From contig CAWGMQ010000008.1 of assembly GCA_963823665.1 (NCBI GenBank), forward strand, positions 672,001-736,000: a stretch of DNA of 64,000 nucleotides. The letters run 5' to 3'. The notes under the pieces are model-generated. The model was not told where the DNA came from and ran no database searches. It was given only the letters and a program-made list of their open reading frames with translations. This document shows positions 1 to 9,326 of the stretch, piece by piece (positions within the stretch are counted from its first letter, which is position 1; each line of letters starts with the position of its first letter). The stretch is from an uncultured Planctomycetota bacterium. Its GTDB lineage: Bacteria; Planctomycetota; Planctomycetia; Isosphaerales; Isosphaeraceae. A program made the position numbers and the translations under genes.

Positions 1-369
1 CGAGTTGCGGTTCGCCTCAAGCAATCGCTTCACCCGATCGCGGGGAATCGACGAAAGTGGGCCGGTCACCCACTCCACGATGGTCTTGCCCCCGTTGAGA
101 GTTGCATCCTCCGCCTTCTCGCCAGGCGTCTCACGCGCCTGCCGCTGAATCAACATCTCGATCGCGCGGTGGTAAAAAAGCGCCGCATTCCCCGCCACCA
201 GCGAGCGGCGCTCCGGCAAGAGCTGGTATTTGAGCGCCGGCACCGGGGCCAGCGCCGGTCGCAGCACAATCTGGGTCGGCTTATCGCCGTCTGGCCCGGC
301 ATTTACTCGCGTGACGGATGCCATCGCGGCCACAGCCATGAAGCCCAGGAACAAATAATGACGCCTCAT
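1..369 (-). CDS. Secreted Planctomycete hypothetical protein, 5' part (runs off the window edge)
   Basis: Manual translation from ATG at 369, which overlaps the upstream TGA (ATGA): MRRHYLFLGFMAVAAMASVTRVNAG...PALAPVPALKYQLLPERRSLVAGNAALFYHRAI. Signal peptide, then a motif seen downstream of Planctomycete ECF/anti-sigma pairs. Confidence 0.7.
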   Translation of the reverse strand, partial: MRRHYLFLGFMAVAAMASVTRVNAGPDGDKPTQIVLRPALAPVPALKYQLLPERRSLVAGNAALFYHRAIEMLIQRQARETPGEKAEDATLNGGKTIVEWVTGPLSSIPRDRVKRLLEANRNS

Positions 370-929
370 AAGGGATCTCCCGGTTTGAGAATCTTCTGCA
401 GCTCAATGCTCCGCAGCGTGCCCGCCGGTGCCAGCCCCGTGCCGGCGGGCAAGTCACCGCCACCAGAACGAACCGCGACAGAAGATGGCTCCTGCACGGC
501 ATCCAGCCCGAACCGCATGACCATCGCCTGAAACCGCCGGTAGTCCGAAGCAACCGGCCACGAGGCGACCAAACGAGATTCGCCCGCCTTCGGCTCTTCC
601 GAGTCACGATGCGGAGCGTTCCCCGCGCCGGCCTGCGGTTCTCCACCAGAAACTGCAATCGCAACTGACCCCGGCGCAGCCACGAAGACAACTCGCTCGA
701 CGACTTGCGGGGCAGGGCGGCTCGCCAGCAAGAATGACTCGCCACAAAGCGCAAGACCCAGCGCCGCCGTGCAAGCCGGCCACGCCCATCCTCGCGTCGC
801 CCCTCGGCTCGAGATCGCGCCGGCCTGGAACATCAGCTTGTCCCGGTCCAGCCGGCTCGAGGCCGGAACCAGTTCTCCGAGGGCCGACTCGATCGCTTTC
901 AATTCTGGATCGGGCGGGATTTGCGGCAT
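366..929 (-). CDS. Putative anti-sigma factor (single TM)
   Basis: MPQIPPDPELKAIESALGELVPASSRLDRDKLMFQAG...WAWPACTAALGLAL. One hydrophobic segment; overlaps the 3' end of the ECF sigma gene. Confidence 0.65.
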   Translation of the reverse strand: MPQIPPDPELKAIESALGELVPASSRLDRDKLMFQAGAISSRGATRGWAWPACTAALGLALCGESFLLASRPAPQVVERVVFVAAPGSVAIAVSGGEPQAGAGNAPHRDSEEPKAGESRLVASWPVASDYRRFQAMVMRFGLDAVQEPSSVAVRSGGGDLPAGTGLAPAGTLRSIELQKILKPGDPL

Positions 930-1411
930 GTGACCCCCAACCTTTCCCGGATCGCGGAAAGCCCCGCGGCATAAAATCGATGCGCTGTGCTCGAAGAGCA
1001 CCCCGACAGCTCGCCAATCTGCTCGAACGTTAACCCACCCCACAGATGAGCCACGATCACCTCGCGCTCCGCGAGCGGCAGCGATTGAAGCGCGGCCGAA
1101 GCAGCGTCGGCATCCAGCGACCCGGTCCCGCCGGAGGCGTCGCTACCCGCCTCGAGCCAGACCGAAGGCTCACCCGCCGCCTCGGCCTCGTGATGCCGTC
1201 GCCTCCTGGCCGCAACCGCCGCATTGATGGCGCCGTTCCGCACAACGCGAAACAGCCACGCCCCCGGCTGCTCGGGCCGCGGTCTTTGCGCGGCCAGTTT
1301 CAAGAACGCCTCCTGGACGACATCCTCAGGCGCATGGCACCACTGGCGTGCATACAGTTCCAGCGCCGCCGCGTACCGATCGACCAAACCACCGAGCCAA
1401 TCGGAATCCAT
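899..1411 (-). CDS. ECF sigma-70 family RNA polymerase sigma factor
   Basis: Region 2 (APEDVVQEAFLKL, AWLFRVVRN) and region 4 (LPLAEREVIVAHLWGGLTFEQIGE). Alternative start at 1456. Confidence 0.9.
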   Translation of the reverse strand: MDSDWLGGLVDRYAAALELYARQWCHAPEDVVQEAFLKLAAQRPRPEQPGAWLFRVVRNGAINAAVAARRRRHHEAEAAGEPSVWLEAGSDASGGTGSLDADAASAALQSLPLAEREVIVAHLWGGLTFEQIGELSGCSSSTAHRFYAAGLSAIRERLGVTCRKSRPIQN

Positions 1412-2253
1412 GCATGGCGGTCCCGGAAACCGCTGGAAGATAGTCAAGCCATTCATCCACTATGACAACGCCCGCAACCGTTCGTCCCAAAAAAATCCGT
1501 CGTCCATCGAAGCCCCTCTCCAGGGGGACTTCGTTTTGTACATTTGACGATGCGCCTTGCTATGTAAGCATTAAGGGAACGACTCCATAGATCGTAGGTC
1601 CGGCACTCTTGCCCGATTCCCTGCTCCCGGACTTCCCTCGATTGTTCGGCCTGGTTCAGACGCGGGCAACACGCCTGGACTCCGTTCGCGTCTAACCGCC
1701 CAGTCGGGTGACTCCGTGGGGTGGGTGCAACCGAACATCCCGAGATAGCGGTACGGCCGCTGGGTTGCGACCAAACGCCGCCACATCCCAAGCCCCAACG
1801 GGGCGGCCCCTGGCTCGGGTGAGGATCCCCCGCCCGCCGGCCCACTCTCACAACGCAGCGCGAATCTCGTTGAAAATGGCCCGAGAAAGAAGGGCAAAAA
1901 CATAGTGAACAACACCATCGAATTACGATGGCAATTTTTGGTGACGCGTGCCAAGAGCTTTTGCTATCACCGAAGAACGCCATCGCTTTGTTCCTATTCC
2001 GTTATTCCGATTGAAGTTACAAAGAATCTACTCCACCCGAAGCAATCGTCGAACCCATCGACAAAATGGCAAAAAGTGGCAATATTACGGGGGTCTTCCA
2101 GCATCTGTACACCAGTGTAAACCGGCCGCTTTTCAGCAGCGTCCAGTGGTCGTGATCCGTCGGTTGTTGAAGCTGGCTCAATGCAGTTGGAATCACGGTC
2201 TCTTCCTCGAAGAAATGGATTGAGATGAAGAAGCGCACCGTCAAGCATCCCGA

Positions 2254-2276
2254 GTAAGTCAGGCTTTCAGCCTGAC
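2254..2276 (+). repeat. REP-like palindrome GTAAGTCAGGCTTTCAGCCTGAC
   Basis: GTAR tetranucleotide followed by a GTCAGGCT/AGCCTGAC hairpin; near-identical copy at 33285-33306. Confidence 0.75.
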
Positions 2277-3648
2277 GTCCTGTCGATCGGCCGTTCGGCC
2301 AGGAACGAGAACGAGTTGTTCCCCGAATTACCCGTTATTGGGGTTCATCTCAGCGGTTCCCACACCGCCCGCCGGCGCGCGCACGCACGGCTCCTATCTA
2401 GATGATCTACAAAACCCCCGATCCATTTGCGCCGAAGATGTGGAATTCGTCCATTTCGAGCGAGATTTCTCCGTCCCGGTCCTCCATCATCGGTGCTCCG
2501 CTTTCGGTCGTCCGCCCTCCGTCAGCCGTTCCCCCGCTCGGGTTCGTTCGCGAATTCCAGCCACGTTGTCAAGTCACCGTTCATGGGTGTTTTCGTGATC
2601 GAACCTTCACTCCAATTCCAAGTTACGCAGTTCCAGCCACCTGAGCTGTCTTGGGTTCGTTCGTCACATTTTGCGACTCACGGGATTGGCGTTTCTCTCG
2701 CAGCCGCACCTGAACTGCAGCGCCGATTCTCATCTCGCGAGGGCGAACGCGGCGCAACGCCGCTGCCGCGACCATTGCGTTCACCGCCGACGTGCACCCT
2801 GTCGAATCCCGATCCGGGTATCGTGTCATATTCTCTTCCCTCGTTCGTGAGATTCGTAAGATTCGTGGTTCGACGTCCCCCCGCCATGTCACACGGCAGC
2901 CTGGCCACGCTTCGCACGCTCCAAATAAGTAGGAGTGAATGGAACTAGATGGAACTAAACGGGACTCCTGGCCCCAAAAAAATCTCATTTTGCTTGCGGA
3001 CTTGAACCCCGTCCGATCGCTGGCCGGCCCCCCCTGAATCCGTACGGAAATGCTGAGTTCCAAAGAGGATAACGCCACCAGTCCCAATCCATGATCCCTC
3101 GGGCCAACGGGTGAAAACTCATCCTCCCGTGGTCCAGACCCGTCCCACGCGCGGCACAGCTCAAAATTCGGGTGGATTTCGCCGCGTACCGATCCCCCTT
3201 TACAAGCGCAGGCCGGCCCCATTTTCCCGATTGCACAGGCGTGGTCAGGCCGAGTTGAGATCCTCGAGCACGCGCTCGAGCAAACGGAGCAGTCATTCCC
3301 GGTTCCAGAGACATGGGTGGCTCGCCCCTCGCGCCGACTCCGGTGTCGGCGATCGAGACTGAGCTACTTATATTATGGACCCACTTTCGCGATTTGGCCA
3401 TTTCGTCGACCAGAAAACCTGGGATTTTTATCCGGCTTGTAATGGATACAACGACCAACTCGATCGAAACCCAATAAGGATTTGAGTTCGCGAAGCCGAA
3501 TCTCAAATCCCGGTTCAAGAAGCCCGTTGAGCGCACCCCGCAACCTGCTGTTAGGGAAACGGTTCGACACGAGAATGGGTGATCGAGGGTCAACGGAGGG
3601 AACCGAGAGGATCGCGCCGGGTCGCCTTGGGGGATCGCTCCCCCAAGG

Positions 3649-6068
3649 GCCGGGTAAGGAGGTGACGTTACCGCCACCCCCTCCCCTCAGAACTGCACGT
3701 GAAAGTTTCCCTTCATGCAGCTCAAGCCTTCACGAACGCCCCTCGCAGGACGCGGCCGCTTTCGTCAGTCGTTCTTGGACATGGATCTGCCGATGACAGT
3801 TGGCATGCAACAACTCCAGGTTGTCGGCTGTGCCAGAACCGCCCCGGCTGCGCCAGATGCGATGGTGGAGATGCAAGTCTTCCTCTGCGATCCGCAGCGG
3901 TTGACCACAGACCACGCATCGTCCCTCTTGTTCCTTCCATAAGTATTCGATCCGACCCCGACCTGCCAGCGTTTGGCTCAGTTGCCAACCCAGTCGTGCT
4001 TCCAGGTACAGTTCCCACTTCGGATCGTAGGGATTCACGTCGCTCCGGATCTTCACATAACGAATGATCTTCACTTTGGCTGCTTCCATCAACTGGATCG
4101 GCCGGCCTTGGCCTTTCTGGTCAAACAGCGTACCGGTGAAGACCCAGTGGCGGTAACCGTCTTGCTGGAAGTATTTCTCCTTGATCCACCTCCGGCCTTT
4201 GTTCTGGTGCCGTCGTCGACACCAACGCCACAATTTCTGGAAAATCCGGTGATCCACGTACGTAAAAGTGCGCTTGCTCGCCGCGTAACGGTGGTACATG
4301 GTCCAGCCCTTGATCTGCTGATTCAAACGCCAGATCATCTCTCCTGCCGTTAGGCTGCCCGAGCCGTCGATCGTTTCCTGTATCTTGTTCAAGAACGTCT
4401 TCACGTTTCGCAAGGACGGCTTGGTGAACACCTTGCCGCAGCGATAGCGTCGCACATTCTGCCCCAAGAAATCGAAGCCATCCTCCACATGCGTGATCTG
4501 GGTTTTCTCGTGGGAAAGTTCCAAGCCGCGTTCCTTCAAGAAATGAGCCACGAGAGGTTGCACTTGGTCACGGAGGAGTTCCTTTGAGATGCCCGTGATC
4601 AAGAAGTCATCCGCATAGCGGACCAGGTGGACTTTAAACTTCCGTTGTCGCCCGTGCTTCTCGGCGAACTGTTCCGCCAACAGCCGTTGCAGTCCATCCA
4701 GAGTCCAATTCGCCAGGACGGGTGAAATGATCCCGCCTTGAGGTGTTCCTTCCGTGGTGGCGAACCAGGCGTGCTTCTCCAGGAAACCCACTTTCAGCCA
4801 TTGCCCGAGCAACTGCCGGTCCATGGGGACGTGCGTCAAGAGCCAGTCATGACTGATGCGATCAAAGCAAGCTTTGATGTCCCCTTCGAGAATCCATGCT
4901 GGACCGCTCCGATTACCCAAGACAATATGAGATTGTTCCAGGGCGTCGGCACAACGACGTTCCAGCCGAAAGCCATAGGAATGGCCGTCGGCTCGAGATT
5001 CCGCAATGGGATCGAGGCCTAGCAAGTATAATGCCTGCATGGCTCGATCTGACATGGTGGGAATTCCGAGAGGACGTCGCTTGCCGTTGCTTTTGGGAAT
5101 GTACACCCGGCGGAGCGGTTGCGGTTGGTAACCGTGCCGACGCAGAGTGCTGAAAGCAGCCGACTTGGCTTCCGGTGTGTTCCAGAGAACTCCGTCCACA
5201 CCGGGAGTCTTCGCACCCGAATTACTGATGACTCGCAAAATGGCCAGGGCCCGGCCACTGAACGAGTGCGTGAGCAGATAAACCAGAGCCTTGACCTTAT
5301 TCCATCTGCCCTCCGCAACAGCCTTCACGATACGCGCCTGGAGCCGACGGACTGTGCGCCAGACTTTCTTCCATTCGATGGAGTGCCAGTCGGGCGTAAG
5401 CTCGGGAGCCGCACCAGCAAGCATTTCTGCCGCCGACATATCTGCTTGTCTCCCTGAGTCGGTTGGCCAAGGTTCTCTCGTGACGGAACACCTGAGGGAA
5501 GTCGGCACCGCTTTCGCGGTGAGGGGATGTCGTCCGTGGGAGGACTCACCCTCTATCCGATCGACTACCGAACGGCATTGGCTTGCTCCCTCATCCTCCA
5601 CCCGCCGCCCCATCGGCGACGCCTTACGACGGTCCTACCCCGAAGGGAGGGCGACGGGCTTACCACGTTCCACGGATGAATCACGGATGGTTTAGGCTCT
5701 GCCTCTCCGCCGGTGGCTCGGATGACGACGACAGGGGATGGGAAATCCCACTGTACCTGGCCACGTACCTTTTTGGTTCAAGCCTCTCAGCGCCTTTGGC
5801 TTGTTGGATCTCACGACGTTTATCGGCAGTTCACCTGGATTAGCCATGCCATCCACCCCTGGCCCCCGACCGCATTGGCGTTCGCAGTCGCCGGATTCCC
5901 TCACGGGATATCCAACCACCCGAAGGTGAGGTTACGTTGTCCCAAGAGCTTCGCACGGTCGGATTGCTCCGGCCGCACGTCCTGGTAGGGTTCCGGTGGT
6001 CGTACATCGGGTTATGTCCTGGTTGCAAATCCAGTCATAACAGACTCATCCGCAGCTTCGTTTCGCGA
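3649..6068 (-). mobile_element. Inner group II intron (chloroplast-like CL/IIB class), full length, 2420 nt
   Basis: 5' end TCGCGAAACGAAGCTGCGGATGAGTCTGTTATGA (CL-type). DV GAGCTGCATGAAGGGAAACTTTCACGTGCAGTTC at 3723-3690. DVI ends CCTTACCCGGC at 3649. EBS1 TTCCCA (5744-5739) and EBS2 AGATCC (5811-5806) match the 5' flank. Confidence 0.92.
3730..5439 (-). CDS. ltrA: Group II intron reverse transcriptase/maturase with C-terminal HNH endonuclease
   Basis: N-terminal WHSIEW...[11 protein letters not shown], then [33 protein letters not shown], the maturase X domain, and an HNH domain (CVVC...HLHH...[15 protein letters not shown]). ATG 5439 follows a GGAG RBS. Confidence 0.97.
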   Translation of the reverse strand: MSAAEMLAGAAPELTPDWHSIEWKKVWRTVRRLQARIVKAVAEGRWNKVKALVYLLTHSFSGRALAILRVISNSGAKTPGVDGVLWNTPEAKSAAFSTLRRHGYQPQPLRRVYIPKSNGKRRPLGIPTMSDRAMQALYLLGLDPIAESRADGHSYGFRLERRCADALEQSHIVLGNRSGPAWILEGDIKACFDRISHDWLLTHVPMDRQLLGQWLKVGFLEKHAWFATTEGTPQGGIISPVLANWTLDGLQRLLAEQFAEKHGRQRKFKVHLVRYADDFLITGISKELLRDQVQPLVAHFLKERGLELSHEKTQITHVEDGFDFLGQNVRRYRCGKVFTKPSLRNVKTFLNKIQETIDGSGSLTAGEMIWRLNQQIKGWTMYHRYAASKRTFTYVDHRIFQKLWRWCRRRHQNKGRRWIKEKYFQQDGYRHWVFTGTLFDQKGQGRPIQLMEAAKVKIIRYVKIRSDVNPYDPKWELYLEARLGWQLSQTLAGRGRIEYLWKEQEGRCVVCGQPLRIAEEDLHLHHRIWRSRGGSGTADNLELLHANCHRQIHVQERLTKAAASCEGRS

Positions 6069-6994
6069 TTCCCACAGATCCGGACGTGTCCCATTAAGGC
6101 ATCCGGCTCGTCATGTCGCGGAGTCGCTGTCCCTCTCACGATCTGGCTGCCTTACGGGCACACGCTCTGAGGTCCAATGCCCTCGGCGTGGTTCCGGCGT
6201 CCAGTCCACGACACGGTACCCCCTTCGCTCCACAGGGTCTGGGAGGGCCCATTCCCCCGCTTCACTGCTACTACGGAGCACTCCGACTCCCGTCCGCCCA
6301 TTTCGCCGCACTTCGTTGCCTTCGTTTGGCGATACCACCCTTGCGTCTTGTTCGCTCCCAGCGACCCGACGCGGGGTCGTGGGCCGGGGAGTTGGTATTC
6401 CGGTTCCCGAGCCGGAAATGTCAGTGGAGACGGATGGGGCTCTCAGGTTCCCGAGCAACCCTCGCGTCCCTGCGCCATGTTCTTGGACCCCGGCAGGACC
6501 GAACACGCCAGGCCATTGCGGCGCGTCGACACAGCCCCCGCTTGTGTCTACAACGGAGGCTCCCACGATGAGTATTTCGGGGCTCGATAGCATGGCATGG
6601 AGACTCGCTGTCTACGCTTCGCAATGAGGGTCACCCCTCCCCACGCAAGACTTGCTTCCGGCTGCCGGCCAGGCTCTGCCGGGCGGGATTCGTTAACCCG
6701 CAGGGTCGCGATGAAAGGTTTCTGTGTTTCGAGGCACTTCCTCCTTTCTCGAGCTTTTCCTGACGCAAGGACACCCACCGATCAGCAACCGAAATTCCGA
6801 GGCGCTGACTCACGGCAACGACGTAGGCATCGAACATCATGAACTTCACTTGAGAAATCGTATACGACCTCTCCGTAGACCCATCTGCGATCGCCCACCG
6901 GGCGTGCCAGCTCCCCATCGGGGTGAACTCAACCAAAGCCGTCTGGCCGTCGACCAGCGCATCCATCCCGGCCGGCACGTAAGAAAGACCTCGT

Positions 6995-7581
6995 TTACCC
7001 CCCCCGGTCTCCTGGCGAAAACTTCACTGATCCTGGGTTGATGAGCGACTGTGTCTCCTTGATCAAGGCAGCAAACTTCAGCACAGTCAGGGTGAACTCG
7101 GTGAGCTGCTCGCGACCCTCGGGACCGACCCAGACATACGTGTGCCCGCACTTCCCGACGCAGCAGGCGTCCTTCGGAACATCGCGCTTGCGGCCTACGT
7201 GAAACCAGCCAGGCTCGATGTTGGCGAGGTCAACCGGAGCAATCGCAGCTCGCTCGCATCAATCACCGGTGCCACACCCCACTGGGCAACAGCGGTCCTC
7301 GAGCCCAGGAGCTGCGGGAACCACGTGACCGGAGGGCCGATGTCCAGCGCCGCGCCCCCCGAGATCGAATCGGTGACCTGTGTCGTCCCCTCGCGCAGAT
7401 TGACGTGCCACGGGAGTGCAGACGGGTTCGTTGCGAACTGCGCGAGGTTATCCAGAACTTGCTGGTACTGCAGCTCGGGCAGAGAGCTTCCCTGGTTGAT
7501 CGTTCGATGCCGAAGCCTACCGGACGTGCATCCCGTTGAAGCAACCAGGCCGACGACAATGAAGACCATGGCAGGTCGCAT
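6995..7581 (-). pseudogene. Planctomycete lipoprotein with internal deletion/frameshift near 7230
   Basis: Lipobox-like ASTGC and LQYQQVLDNLAQFATNPSALPW in one frame. The C-terminus (PGWFHVGRKRDVPKDACCVGKCGHTYVWVGPEGREQLTEFTLTVL...GDRGG*) continues in another frame to TAA at 6997-6995. Confidence 0.65.
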
Positions 7582-7695
7582 GGAGTTCCCGGAACGCGCC
7601 GAACAAATGGCTTATGCGGCCTATATCGGCGAATCGTCGTTCTTTCGTGAGGATCGTGGTCATCTTGCCTCGATCCGCGCGGCTCGCTCCGGCCG

Positions 7696-8124
7696 TCACC
7701 ACCAGTGTCTCCTCAACTCCTCCGAGTTCACAATCCGGATGCCGACCCAGAGGTACAACCCCACAAGGGACAATACCACGAGGATGACTCCGGCCTTGAC
7801 GAAGATGCCGCCTCGGTCGAATCGGTTCGCGAGATCCGCAAATCCAATCCCGAGCGCGATCTCGACCCAGCCAACCATCGAAATCGCCAGCGGTAACGCC
7901 GTCACCGCACCAACCGGGATCAACCAGTGACCCGTCAGTCGCCCGATCGCGTAGAGCGCGAGGATGATCAGAGCGGTCAGAGCAAATCCTCCGACCACTT
8001 TCGTCAATCCTCGAACACGTGGGTTCGACACGAGACGCGCAATCGCCGCCCGCGATCCCTCAGGCAACGGCGCCAGCAAGAGACCGAAAACGCGGTCCTC
8101 AAACCGCCGCACGGCATCGCACAC
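7696..8124 (-). CDS. Hypothetical membrane protein (about 3 TM)
   Basis: ORF with three hydrophobic segments; start uncertain. Confidence 0.55.
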   Translation of the reverse strand: MCDAVRRFEDRVFGLLLAPLPEGSRAAIARLVSNPRVRGLTKVVGGFALTALIILALYAIGRLTGHWLIPVGAVTALPLAISMVGWVEIALGIGFADLANRFDRGGIFVKAGVILVVLSLVGLYLWVGIRIVNSEELRRHWW

Positions 8125-8195
8125 CTTCGACAGCCAGATCCAGGAGGTGTGTGCATCACCGTGCCAATGTATAATGAGGGACAGGAGGCGTTGCC

Positions 8196-8949
8196 ATGCC
8201 GATTCACGATTGGTCTCGGGTACCCGCAGGGCTATTTCACGACTTTCACCAAACTTGGTCGATCCAGATCAAGATGGCACTCAATGCTGGAATCTTACCC
8301 AAAGGCATCTCCGCCCTGGTCGAACAGCGCTCCGGCCCTCGAGAATCGGACGTTCTTGCCATCGAACGGCGCGCTAACCCGTCGCGTGTGGGATTGGGCA
8401 GTGCTGGCGGCGTGGCGACCATGGAACCTCCGACCGTTCGATTCGTGAGCCGCACCACGAAGGAGATCTACGCCGCGCGCGCGAACCGCATCGTCGTCAA
8501 GCACCATCTGGGCCGTACCATCGCCGTGATCGAGATCGTCTCGCCAGGAAACAAGGATAGCCGTGCCGCCTTGCGCGACTTCGTCGACAAGACAATCGAC
8601 TTCCTGCGCGCCGGCATTCACGTCCTCGTGATCGACCTGTTCCCGCCAACGCCCCGTGACCCGTTTGGTATCCACAAAGTCATCTGGGATGAAATCGAGG
8701 AGAAGGACTTCACGCTACCAGAGGGTAAGGATCGCATTCTGGCCTCCTACGAAACCGGGGGGGTGCGCAGCCTACGTCGAGGCGGTCGGCGTCGGCGACG
8801 CGCTGCCGGACATGCCTCTCTTCTTGACGAATAGCTGGCACGTGCCGGTGCCACTGGAACCAACCTATCAGGCAACCTGGGACGCCAGTCCCGAGGATTA
8901 CCGCACCGCTGTTGAAACCGGCGTGATGCCTGAGCTCGATGCAGAGTAA
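8196..8949 (+). CDS. DUF4058 family protein, frameshifted near 8760
   Basis: MPIHDWSRVPAGLFHDFHQTW and AVIEIVSPGNK, then AYVEAVGVGDALPDMPLFL...VPLEPTYQATW in a second frame. The shift is at or next to a G7 run. Confidence 0.85.
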
Positions 8950-8950
8950 G

Positions 8951-9030
8951 CAGGCCGACCTGGGCGAAGGGACCAACTTCATGCTGGTTGTCGACCAGTT
9001 CGAAGAGATCTTTCGCTTCCACGGCGTGAG
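8951..9030 (+). pseudogene. Short remnant resembling an nSTAND-type P-loop NTPase Walker B region
   Basis: Translation NFMLVVDQFEEIFRF with no start and no continuation. Confidence 0.4.
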
Positions 9031-9326
9031 CCGGGCCCTTGCGCATCAACTCTGGTGCCCGTATCATGGATTAGAATTTCAAAAAATACTTGGCGTCCGC
9101 ATGGCTGGATTTAATTGTTGAGTCGCCAGGACAAGAATCGTATAATCGGCCCTCGATGACCGGACTGAAGCTCGTCACCGTGGACGCAGCTCCAGTCAAC
9201 CATTTCCAATTTGACCGGACGACTTGGCCCCGATCCGGGTTCCCAGCGGCGGTGCGCGGGCTCTTTTTCCTTTGAACCTGTGGACAAACGGCCGTGGCTC
9301 GCATTTCCCAGAGTATGGGAACCCTC

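Larger units (their letters stand above)
3616..6768 (-). mobile_element. Outer ORF-less group II intron (class E/F-like RNA), interrupted by a second intron; 733 nt after removing the inner intron
   Basis: 5' end TTGCGTCAGGAAAAGCTCGAG at 6768. DI motifs (GAAGCAAGTCTTGCGTGG...GCGAAGCGTAGACAGCGAG). DV GAGCCGGATGCCTTAATGGGACACGTCCGGATC at 6109-6077. Remainder of DVI, CCTTGGGGGAGCGATCCCCCAAGGCGACCCGGC, at 3648-3616. No RT ORF in its DIV. Class assignment is from recalled consensus. Confidence 0.85.

Noticed and set aside
3730..5439. DGR, retron or defence-associated reverse transcriptase
   Set aside because: It has maturase and HNH domains, flanking DV/DVI and EBS/IBS pairing. No TR/VR pair with adenine-specific differences was seen.
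5440..6778. Small ORFs and the longer RT start (5613) inside the intron RNA domains
   Set aside because: They overlap structured intron domains; the RBS-supported start is 5439.
3373..6978. Host gene split by the twintron (ORF 6631-6978 joined in frame to 3373-3570)
   Set aside because: The spliced frame is open but resembles no family I recognise and looks poorly coding. An intergenic insertion is more likely; BLASTP of the joined peptide would settle it.
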